Assembly: GCA_965267575.1 (NCBI GenBank)
Contig: OZ254086.1
Span: 3,456,001-3,520,000 of the forward strand
Length of the DNA: 64,000 nt
From: Calditrichales bacterium
GTDB lineage: Bacteria; Calditrichota; Calditrichia; Calditrichales; J004
Reading direction: 5' to 3'
In this document: one piece after another, positions 1-8,268 of the stretch
Numbering within the stretch: the stretch's first letter is position 1
Layout: every line of letters starts with the position of its first letter
Position numbers and translations under genes: made by a program
Notes under the pieces: model-generated
Seen by the model: the letters and a program-made list of their open reading frames with translations, nothing else
The model's database searches: none
What the model was told of the DNA's origin: nothing

Positions 1-2
1 AT

Positions 3-374
3 ATAGAAGGGCCGTACAGTTATACGGAAATCCCTGAAATTCTAAAAGATATAAAAATTGGCTTAATAACATATTTATCTTCACCTAATAACATGGCTTG
101 TTTACCAAACAAACTCTTCGAATATATGGCTGCCGGTTTAAATATTGTAGCTTCAAACTTTGATACATATTCAGAAATATTAGCAAAGAACGGGTTGTCT
201 TCACAAGTCGTCCCAGAAAACAATCAAGAAATTGCTGAGGCTATCTTGGGCTTTTTAAATAACAATGATTTGTCACGGGAAATGTCTATCTTGGCACGCC
301 GACTATACGTGGAAAAGTATAATTGGGAGGTTGAGGAAAATGAGCTGATAGATACTTATTTAGGTTTAATATGA
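3..374 (+). CDS. Glycosyltransferase family 4, C-terminal part (5' end outside the window)
   Basis: Frame is open from base 3 (IEGPYSYTEIPEIL...). Carries the GT-B motif 'PNKLFEYMAAG...VAS' and ends 'YNWE'. Very AT-rich. Confidence 0.85.
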   Translation: MEGPYSYTEIPEILKDIKIGLITYLSSPNNMACLPNKLFEYMAAGLNIVASNFDTYSEILAKNGLSSQVVPENNQEIAEAILGFLNNNDLSREMSILARRLYVEKYNWEVEENELIDTYLGLI

Positions 375-1528
375 AAAAAATACTATTCTTAACTTCCAGA
401 TTACCCTTTCCACCTGTTGGCGGAGACAGATTAAGAACTTTTAATATTCTAAAATATCTCAATCAAACGTACAAAGTTACACTAGTTTCTTTTGTTGAAA
501 ACAAAGCCGATTTAAAACGAATCCAATTCTATAATAAATATGTAAATGATATTCATATTATTGTGCTTCCGAAGTGGGTTTCATACTTAAAGGCCTTTGT
601 AGGTGTATTTTCAAAAAAGCCATTGCAATATCATTATTATAAGTCAAAAAAAATGGAAAATACTGTTAATTCAGTTTTTAAGAAAAATAATTTCGACATT
701 GTTATTGCTCACTTAATAAGAATGGCACAATACATTCCTGAGGCAGAGGTAAAAAAAGTAATCGATTTTACTGACGCTATTTCTCTCAACTATGAAAGAA
801 GTAATATTTATGATTTTGGGCTTAAAAAATTGTTAGGCATGATTGAAAAAAAAAGGGTAAAAAACTACGAAATCGAATCTATAGAAAAAACGCATCATGC
901 AATATTTATTTCTGACGTTGATGCCAGCTATTTGCGAACTAAAGAGAATAGGAAGAAAATACATATTATAAAAAATGGTGTTGACTTCAAAGAGTTTGGC
1001 TTTTCCCCTAATACTTATATTAATAATAAAATTTGCTTTTTAGGCAATATGCGAACTGGTCCTAATGTAGACGCAGTACTTTATTTTTTAAAAAATATCT
1101 TGCCTAAGATCATTGATCAGATCCCTTCGGTTTCTTTTTATATTGTTGGTACCGAACCGCCTAGAATAGTTAAGCAGTTTCATGATGGGAAAAATGTCAT
1201 TGTAACCGGCTTTGTTGATGATGTTAAACAGTATCTTCACGAGTGTTCTTTACTTGTTGCTCCCATGAGGGGTGGAGCAGGTGTACAAAATAAGATATTA
1301 GAGGCCATGGCCGTAGGTATTGCCGTAATTACGACTTCTGTAGGCGCCGAAGGGCTAAATAATAAATATTTTTATATAGCGGATAATGATAAAGAATTTG
1401 CAAAAAAAACTATCTTCTTATTACAAAACCAAGAAGAAAGAAAAAGGCTAGTTTATCAAGCTCGAAAATATGTTGAAAATGAATTTGAATGGAATCAGGT
1501 ACTTTCTAAGTTCGATACTATTTTATAG
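371..1528 (+). CDS. Glycosyltransferase family 4 (polysaccharide biosynthesis)
   Basis: 'TSRLPFPPVGGDRLR' at the N-terminus and 'GAGVQNKILEAMAVG' donor-binding motif. ATGA overlap with the upstream gene. AT-rich. Confidence 0.9.
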   Translation: MKKILFLTSRLPFPPVGGDRLRTFNILKYLNQTYKVTLVSFVENKADLKRIQFYNKYVNDIHIIVLPKWVSYLKAFVGVFSKKPLQYHYYKSKKMENTVNSVFKKNNFDIVIAHLIRMAQYIPEAEVKKVIDFTDAISLNYERSNIYDFGLKKLLGMIEKKRVKNYEIESIEKTHHAIFISDVDASYLRTKENRKKIHIIKNGVDFKEFGFSPNTYINNKICFLGNMRTGPNVDAVLYFLKNILPKIIDQIPSVSFYIVGTEPPRIVKQFHDGKNVIVTGFVDDVKQYLHECSLLVAPMRGGAGVQNKILEAMAVGIAVITTSVGAEGLNNKYFYIADNDKEFAKKTIFLLQNQEERKRLVYQARKYVENEFEWNQVLSKFDTIL

Positions 1529-3179
1529 TATAGTCTTCGCCCAAAACCCGGCCAGCATTTCTTTAAACCATCCTGTATACAGTTTTGTGGAGCGCATGGA
1601 AACGCTGGGTATTGTCACGGATGCGATGGACAATATTCGTCCTTACAGCCGCGGCAGGGCGGCAATGTTATTGCAGCAGATTGAAGCAAAAAGGGGGCGG
1701 CTTACGGCGATTGATAGGCGGCGCCTGGATGACCTGCTGCTGGAATTCCGCTTTGAGCTTCAGCCCGGCGAAAAACACGCGCTGATACCGGAAGGGCAAA
1801 ACTGGTACAGCACCCTGGCGTCGTGGGAGAATTTTAAAAGCGATTTCAGCAGGGTCCTGTCGCGCCCCTGGCCGGAAGAAGAGCATCATGTTGCGCTATG
1901 GGAAAAAGACAGCAGCAGCGTCTATTTCGACTTTGAGCAAGTGCTTACCGTAGACGGACGTTCCGACGGCTTAAGCCGCAACGCCAACGAGCAATCCTAC
2001 ATCTTACAAGGTGTGATCGATCGCGATTTTGCCTGGCAGGTAAAGGTGAGCCTTCAGGGCGTACGCGGGGATGAAGGCTACCGGGAGCTGGACCCGCTGA
2101 TAAAGGGAACCTTCAGCCAGGAAAGTGAAGAAGGGGATGTCGTTTTTGCGGATCGCACCGGGGGAGAGCTGGCCTGGCACACGCGCTACATGGATGTCCA
2201 TTTTGCCCAGCAGGAAATTTCCTGGGGACACGGACTTTCAGGGAAGCTGATACTTTCTAATCACCCCGAACAGTATCCTTACATTGCTGTTTCCAAGGAC
2301 TGGGGCTGGGGCAAGTTCATTGCCCTGCACGGCAAACTGCAATCGTTTCAGCAGGGCACGCTGGAAGACGGTACAAAGATCTATCCCGATAAATGGGTGG
2401 CCGCGCACCGCCTGGAATTTTCCCCCTGGGACCCCATCACCATCGGGCTGAACGAGGTGTTCATTTATGGCAACCGCTACGCCGACTGGTCTTACCTGAT
2501 CCCTTTTAATTTTTACCGCGCCGTGCAGCACAAGCTGCGCGATCGCGACAACGCCACCATCGCCATTGACCTGGAAGCAATACCCCTTAATGGTGCAAAG
2601 TTCTATGGGACAATCTTTATTGATGAGATGAAATTTGAAAAGCTGGGCACCGACTGGTGGGGCAACAAGCACGCATTCCAGGGCGGGCTGTTTTTGGCCG
2701 ATCCCTTCCGGTTGCCAAACACAATGTTCCAGGCTGAGTACACGGCGATCATGCCCTGGGTTTATACGCATAAGTTTGCCGTCAACCGCTACGAATCGGA
2801 CGGGCGCCCGCTGGGGCATCCCGCCGGACCCAACTCGGAGGTCATCTTGTTCAGCGTCAGCAAGGATATCAGCGTGCGCTGGCTTCTTGGCCTGCAGTGG
2901 TCACAAACAAAAAAGGGGGAAAACTACCCCAACGAGAACATTGGTGGTGATTTGCTGACGGGCGAGAACGTATTGCTGGGCACGCAGCAAGAGCCGCGCC
3001 AGACGCGCCGTTTTCTGGAAGGCATACTCACAACCACAAAACAAACCGAACTGTTTACCCGCTACGAACTTTTTAACGATTTCTTTGTCTCTGCTTCGTA
3101 TATTTTTAGCGACACGCGAACGGAATCGCGCAGCCGGAGCCTGAACGAATGGCACCTGGGCATTCGCTTTAATTATTAA
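1470..3179 (+). CDS. wzi: Capsule assembly Wzi-family outer-membrane protein (start may be ATG 1479)
   Basis: Signal peptide ending VFA-Q, then 'HPVYSFVERM...RPYSR', 'WGHG..GKLILS', 'AAHRLEF', 'LGHPAGPNS'. Ends in an aromatic beta-strand (IRFNY). Sits in a polysaccharide locus. Confidence 0.75.
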   Translation: MLKMNLNGIRYFLSSILFYSIVFAQNPASISLNHPVYSFVERMETLGIVTDAMDNIRPYSRGRAAMLLQQIEAKRGRLTAIDRRRLDDLLLEFRFELQPGEKHALIPEGQNWYSTLASWENFKSDFSRVLSRPWPEEEHHVALWEKDSSSVYFDFEQVLTVDGRSDGLSRNANEQSYILQGVIDRDFAWQVKVSLQGVRGDEGYRELDPLIKGTFSQESEEGDVVFADRTGGELAWHTRYMDVHFAQQEISWGHGLSGKLILSNHPEQYPYIAVSKDWGWGKFIALHGKLQSFQQGTLEDGTKIYPDKWVAAHRLEFSPWDPITIGLNEVFIYGNRYADWSYLIPFNFYRAVQHKLRDRDNATIAIDLEAIPLNGAKFYGTIFIDEMKFEKLGTDWWGNKHAFQGGLFLADPFRLPNTMFQAEYTAIMPWVYTHKFAVNRYESDGRPLGHPAGPNSEVILFSVSKDISVRWLLGLQWSQTKKGENYPNENIGGDLLTGENVLLGTQQEPRQTRRFLEGILTTTKQTELFTRYELFNDFFVSASYIFSDTRTESRSRSLNEWHLGIRFNY

Positions 3180-3196
3180 AACTCACGGACAGCCTT

Positions 3197-5653
3197 TTGA
3201 CTGATCTCGTTATTTTTCCATTGTCAATCGTATTTGTAGTGGCGCTGATTGTCTCGCTGCTATCTACGCGCCGTACGCGCACCCTTGCCATTAAATATGC
3301 CGTTGGCAGCTTCCCCGATGAGCGCATGGTTCATACCGGCTTTGTGCCGCGCATGGGCGGTATGGGCATCATCAGCGGTTTTTTTATCGCGTCTATTGTG
3401 GCGCTGCTGTGGCCGGGTGCTGTCTTTGCGTCGGGCTGGGAGCATGCCGGCATATTGGCCGGAGCTTTAATGATGGCCGCGCTGGGCATTTACGACGATC
3501 TCAACGGCATGAACGCGACGCAGAAATTCAGCGGACAATTTTTAGCAGCGACCGTGGTTATTCTGTCCGGATGCAGCATCAATTTTCTGCATAATCCCTT
3601 TGGCAGCGATATCGAGCTGGGGCTGCTCTCTATCCCGCTGACCTACCTGTGGCTTATTGGCGTCACCAACGCCGTTAATCTTTTGGATGGGCTGGACGGT
3701 CTGGCCGCCGGCGTAAGCGCCATTGCCGCGGCCGTAATGGCCTTTATCGCGGCGCTCTCCGGGGCCTGGATCATTGTCGTCTTATGCGTCGCATTGATTG
3801 GCGGACTGCTTGGCTTTCTGCGTTTTAATTATCACCCGGCTTCCATTTTTATGGGCGATACCGGTTCGCTTTTTCTTGGATTCATCCTGGCCGCGTTGAG
3901 CTTAAAGGCTTTTGAGATGACCGCCCACAACGTGACGCTGCTTCTGCCGCTGCTCATCCTGGCCGTTCCCATCGGTGATACGGCCGTTGCCTTTTTCCGC
4001 CGCCTCAACCGCGGCAGCCATCCCTTCAAACCGGATAAAGACCACTTGCATCATCGTCTGCTTTACCTGGGTCTGTCACACAGGCAGGCGGTACATATCA
4101 TCTACGGGCTGTCGGTTATGTACGGCCTTACGGCGGTACTTATTGCCCTAAACGCCGAACTGATCGGTTTTGTGCTGCTGCTCGTCTGCCTGGTATTCAG
4201 CGCGCTGGGCCTGAAACGCCTGGGCTACCTGGAAGCAAAGCGCTTCCGTACACATTACGGAGACAGCGGGCCGCTGCGTGTTGAAAAAGAACTGGCCCCG
4301 TTATCCCTTAAGCGTTTTTTGCACCGTATGCTTTTGCTGCTCAGCGATATCGTGATGCTAAATGCCGCGCTCATTGGCTATATATTTTTAAGAAATGAAT
4401 TGGGCTGGGCTTCCAGTCAAAGCGTTTGGACAATGAGCGATATGTTGCAGCCGACGCCGCTGCTGTTCATCACGTTGGGCTGGCTTTTCCTGTTTATCCT
4501 GAATGATCTTTACAGCATGCGCTGGGATATATCGCGTTTTGATAAAGTGCGGCGTATCAGCAAAACGATCCTTTTTGGCATTCTTGTGCTTTTCGTAATT
4601 ACACTCGATACCTCCGCCATCTGGAGCCAGGGGCGCCTGGGGCTTTTTCTGTACGCGGCCCTGCTGATTATGGCGGTGAACGCCGGCCGTATGATTGTGA
4701 TCGCCATAGAGAAAAAATGGGGGTTGCTGGAATACGCGCCACACAACACACTGCTGGTAGGGGCCACCGAAAAAGGCCGCAAACTGTTGAAGGACATTCG
4801 CAAAAACGAACACCTGCTCTATAATGTGGTGGGCTTCGTAACAAAGGACGGAAAGCCCGACAATTTCAGCGACCTGACTGCACTTGGGCGCTACGATGAT
4901 ATTCCTGAGATTGTTCGGGGTTATGGCATTCAGGAGCTGATCATCGCCATAAACGAGCGCTCGCGTGATGAAATCCTCAACCTGATCGCCCCTCTTGAAA
5001 ATATGAAAGTGGTCATCAAGATCATCCCGCAAATGTTTGACGTGGTAAGCGGCCACAAGACGGAAGAAGTCATCGGCCACCCGCTGATCAGGTTGTTTCC
5101 GGACCATATGCATTTGTGGCAATGGATCGTGAAGCGTTTGCTGGATACACTTATTGCGCTGACGATGCTGGTTGTCCTGATGCCGGTCGGCCTGCTGGCC
5201 ATGGCGCTTTTGTTTATTTCGGGGACCAGTCCGGTGCTTACCATTATTGACGTCGTGGGTAAAAACGGTCAAAAAATGGGTATGCTTAATTTGAATGTTT
5301 TTGATCGTAAAAACGCCGTAAGCCGCTTTTTATATAAAAGCAATCTTTATAAGTTACCGGCGTTGCTCAATATATTGATCGGCACGATGAGTCTTGTGGG
5401 GCCGCGACCCGAAAAGCCGGATCACGTGTTGCAGATGCGCGAAAAAATTCGCTTTTACAACCGCCGCTTCCAGGTGCGCCCGGGGTTGACCGGCTGGGCG
5501 CAGGTCAAGTTCCGCTATGATGATTCATTGCGTTCCGTGCGCGAACAGCTTAAGCAGGATCTGTTTTACCTTGAAAATATGTCACTGACGTTTGATATGA
5601 GAATTCTATTGCGCTCGTTATATTTATTCTTCTTCCCAAAGCGTATTCAATAA
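3197..5653 (+). CDS. Fusion of a WecA/MraY-type polytopic phosphoglycosyl transferase with a degenerate WcaJ/WbaP-type monotopic sugar transferase
   Basis: N-half has GIYDD, NAVNLLDGLDGL, FMGDTGS and HLHHRL. C-half has about 4 TM helices, a Rossmann-like 'LLVGA' domain, KRLLD, MSLVGPRPE, RPGLTGWAQV and DLFYLEN. TTG start. Confidence 0.85.
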   Translation: MTDLVIFPLSIVFVVALIVSLLSTRRTRTLAIKYAVGSFPDERMVHTGFVPRMGGMGIISGFFIASIVALLWPGAVFASGWEHAGILAGALMMAALGIYDDLNGMNATQKFSGQFLAATVVILSGCSINFLHNPFGSDIELGLLSIPLTYLWLIGVTNAVNLLDGLDGLAAGVSAIAAAVMAFIAALSGAWIIVVLCVALIGGLLGFLRFNYHPASIFMGDTGSLFLGFILAALSLKAFEMTAHNVTLLLPLLILAVPIGDTAVAFFRRLNRGSHPFKPDKDHLHHRLLYLGLSHRQAVHIIYGLSVMYGLTAVLIALNAELIGFVLLLVCLVFSALGLKRLGYLEAKRFRTHYGDSGPLRVEKELAPLSLKRFLHRMLLLLSDIVMLNAALIGYIFLRNELGWASSQSVWTMSDMLQPTPLLFITLGWLFLFILNDLYSMRWDISRFDKVRRISKTILFGILVLFVITLDTSAIWSQGRLGLFLYAALLIMAVNAGRMIVIAIEKKWGLLEYAPHNTLLVGATEKGRKLLKDIRKNEHLLYNVVGFVTKDGKPDNFSDLTALGRYDDIPEIVRGYGIQELIIAINERSRDEILNLIAPLENMKVVIKIIPQMFDVVSGHKTEEVIGHPLIRLFPDHMHLWQWIVKRLLDTLIALTMLVVLMPVGLLAMALLFISGTSPVLTIIDVVGKNGQKMGMLNLNVFDRKNAVSRFLYKSNLYKLPALLNILIGTMSLVGPRPEKPDHVLQMREKIRFYNRRFQVRPGLTGWAQVKFRYDDSLRSVREQLKQDLFYLENMSLTFDMRILLRSLYLFFFPKRIQ

Positions 5654-5654
5654 T

Positions 5655-7724
5655 ATGGCTATGAAAAAACCGATCATTTCGATTGTTATCGTCAATTATA
5701 ACGTAAAAGATTTCCTGGAGCAGGCGCTTATTTCCATCCGTCGCGCTCTTAGTGATATTCCATCCGAGATCTTTGTTGTGGATAATAACAGCGTGGACGG
5801 TTCCGTGACCATGCTGCGCGAGCGATTTCAGGATGTGCAGCTTATAGCCAGCGAGAAAAACCTCGGTTTCTCCGGCGCCAACAACCTTGCCCTGGAAAAG
5901 GTCACGGGGGAGTTTGTCGTGCTGATAAATCCTGACACCGTCGTTCAGGAGGATACATTCAAAACGCTGCTGGAGTTTTTTAAAACGCACCCTGATGCTT
6001 CAGCCGCCACCTGCAAAATCCTCAATCCCGATGGCAGCTTTTCCGTCGATTGCCGCCACAGCATTCCCACGCCTTCCACCGCGTTCTGGAAGCTGCTGGG
6101 ATTGAATCGTTTGTTCCCCAAAAGCCGCATTTTTGGCCGCTACAATCTCACCTATCTCGATGAAAACGAGACCGCCGAAGTGCCTGCTGTTTCCGGCTCT
6201 TTCATGATGCTGCGCAAAGAGGTTGTAGATAAAGTGGGCAAGTTGGACGACCGCTTTTTTATGTACTGCGAGGACATAGATTATTGCCATCGGATTCAAC
6301 TGGCCGGCGGGAAGATTTATTATGTTCCCGACACGCAGCTTATTCATTACAAGGGCGAGAGCAGCAAAGCCAACAACCTGGATTACGTGATTACCTTTAA
6401 CCGCTCGCTTTACCTGTTTTACAAAAAATATTACCAGCAGAAATATGTCTATCCCTTCAAATGGCTTATCCTGCTGGGCGTGGTTTTTCGCGGGATTGTT
6501 ATATACGTTAAAAAAAGCCTCTCCCGCTATTATCCGTTTATGTGGGATTTGCTGATCCTGAATACGGTGATGTTTCTGAGCTTTTGGTATCGCTACAGCC
6601 TTAAGCACTCTTTTACGCTGGATAATTTCTTTAGCGAGTATATTGTCATAAATATTATCACAAGTATCACTTACCTGGTGAGTGCCCTGTTTTTTGAAAT
6701 AGCCCGCAAGGAGCGTTTTTCACCGGAAAAAGTGTTTCGCGTTTTGATAGCGACATTCACATTTGTTGCGGCGCTGGTTTTTTTCTTTAAGCAATTTGCC
6801 TTTTCGCGCTTTGTAGTACTCATGTCTGCCATAGGCAGCAGCATTTTGATGATCGGTTGGCGTGTGTTGACCGCCCGTTACGCAAGGCGCTATAAAACAG
6901 CGCTGGCACGAGATTTTCTGCGCAAAAAAGTGCTGATTGTAGGCGAGGATAAAGAGACACTCGATCTGCTGGATAAGCTGCATCAGCGGATGGAAGCAGG
7001 CCTGGATATTGTTGGTGTTGCCGGACTGAGCCGCAAATCAATTGGGCGTAAGGTGGGGCAGCACCAAATACTTACATCGCTGGATCAGCTTGAAGAATTT
7101 GTGCGTATCCGGCGCATCAGCATGATCATATTTTCGACACACAATATTGCCTACAAAGATATCCTGGAAACAATGAGCCGGTTGAGCGACCTGCCGGTTG
7201 AGTTCAAAATGGTGCCCGGACACCTGGAATTTATGATCGGTAAATCCAATATCGAGAGACTGGACTCCGTTCCGCTGGTAGATATTGAGTATGCCTATCA
7301 AAAGCCTTTTAACCTTTTTGCTAAAAGGGTATTTGACATCGGGCTGGCATTGTTGCTATTGCTGCTTTTGGCGCCGTTTGCCCTGGCGCTGCCTTTTGCG
7401 GCAAAGAAAATCGCCAGTAAAAAGGTCCGCGTGGGCACAGGACGCTACCGTGTGCATCATGTAAACGGCAGCGCGGGACTTACTTTTTATATACGTCTTT
7501 GGGATGTTTTTCGTGGGCGGCTCAGTTTTGTAGGCGCACCACTGGAAATGTCTGAAGAAGAGAGCGGCGCGCTGGACTACAAGCCGGGACTAACGGGCTT
7601 GCTGCAGGTAAACGCAGACCGCTTTATTAATCCGCAGAGCCGGGAGAACTATGAACTGCATTATCTAAAAAACCATTCTCTGTTCATGGACATTGAGATA
7701 TTGCTTAAAAGCCTGATGCAATAA
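5655..7724 (+). CDS. Fusion of a GT2 glycosyltransferase with a degenerate WcaJ-type sugar transferase
   Basis: GT2 motifs IVIVNYN, VVDNNSVDGS, NLGFSGANN, INPDT and FFMYCEDID. Then TM helices, 'KVLIVG', KRVFD, SFVG and KPGLTG. Confidence 0.85.
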   Translation: MAMKKPIISIVIVNYNVKDFLEQALISIRRALSDIPSEIFVVDNNSVDGSVTMLRERFQDVQLIASEKNLGFSGANNLALEKVTGEFVVLINPDTVVQEDTFKTLLEFFKTHPDASAATCKILNPDGSFSVDCRHSIPTPSTAFWKLLGLNRLFPKSRIFGRYNLTYLDENETAEVPAVSGSFMMLRKEVVDKVGKLDDRFFMYCEDIDYCHRIQLAGGKIYYVPDTQLIHYKGESSKANNLDYVITFNRSLYLFYKKYYQQKYVYPFKWLILLGVVFRGIVIYVKKSLSRYYPFMWDLLILNTVMFLSFWYRYSLKHSFTLDNFFSEYIVINIITSITYLVSALFFEIARKERFSPEKVFRVLIATFTFVAALVFFFKQFAFSRFVVLMSAIGSSILMIGWRVLTARYARRYKTALARDFLRKKVLIVGEDKETLDLLDKLHQRMEAGLDIVGVAGLSRKSIGRKVGQHQILTSLDQLEEFVRIRRISMIIFSTHNIAYKDILETMSRLSDLPVEFKMVPGHLEFMIGKSNIERLDSVPLVDIEYAYQKPFNLFAKRVFDIGLALLLLLLLAPFALALPFAAKKIASKKVRVGTGRYRVHHVNGSAGLTFYIRLWDVFRGRLSFVGAPLEMSEEESGALDYKPGLTGLLQVNADRFINPQSRENYELHYLKNHSLFMDIEILLKSLMQ

Positions 7725-7730
7725 ACAGGT

Positions 7731-7967
7731 TTACTCTTCCGGGCAGCCTGGCCTTTGATATATGATCTTTCGAATGGTTTCATATTGCAGATAAGGATAT
7801 TCTTCCTGCAACATTTCTATAATCTCGTAGGTGGGATATTTGCGGCGAAGTGTCTTAAAACGCTGTCGGATGGCGAAATCGCGCAATCCTTTTTCGCGTA
7901 TCAGGTTATTTTTTCTTAGAAAATGGAAGGTGTCATCAGTAAGATGATCTTTGAGTGGATTGTACAT
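7731..7967 (-). CDS. Small conserved-looking hypothetical protein, possible HTH (Mor-like) DNA-binding protein
   Basis: 78 aa with a strong SD (AAGGAG) 7 nt upstream. The pattern 'RDFAIRQRF...IEMLQEEYPYLQYETIRKIIY' resembles a helix-turn-helix. Confidence 0.6.
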   Translation of the reverse strand: MYNPLKDHLTDDTFHFLRKNNLIREKGLRDFAIRQRFKTLRRKYPTYEIIEMLQEEYPYLQYETIRKIIYQRPGCPEE

Positions 7968-8146
7968 TGTTACGCTCCTTTTGCTGATCCATCATCTGTA
8001 AATTCGTAACAATGTTTTGTTGGGGCATGCTCCTTTTGTTAACAACTGGACATATCTTACGCAGTAATGTTTATGCAGGCAAGGGAAAAAATTATACCCT
8101 ATTTCCCGAGATGAAAAACCAACTTTACAAACCCCGTATTTGCATC

Positions 8147-8178
8147 TGAACACCTTAACACCTTAACACTTGAACACA
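8147..8178. repeat. Short tandem repeat, 4 x 8 nt
   Basis: TGAACACC TTAACACC TTAACACT TGAACACA, read directly from the sequence. Confidence 0.8.
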
Positions 8179-8268
8179 ATAATCCCGCGTCCAACTCCGA
8201 TTTGCCTGAAACATAGACCTCCCGTAAATTTTTGACTTTATAATTATTCTGAACAAGGAAGGTAGCGC

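Noticed and set aside
4388..5272. Long antisense ORFs (also 8566-9405, 21054-21878, 34252-35112, 50359-51177, 52833-53735)
   Set aside because: They lie opposite well-supported genes, have no motifs, and are explained by codon bias on the coding strand.
5777..5785. Perfect DnaA box TGTGGATAA
   Set aside because: It encodes the conserved VDN of the GT2 motif and is isolated.
8147..8178. Repeats considered as a CRISPR array
   Set aside because: The 8-nt units have no spacers. No repeat-spacer array or cas gene was seen anywhere in the window.
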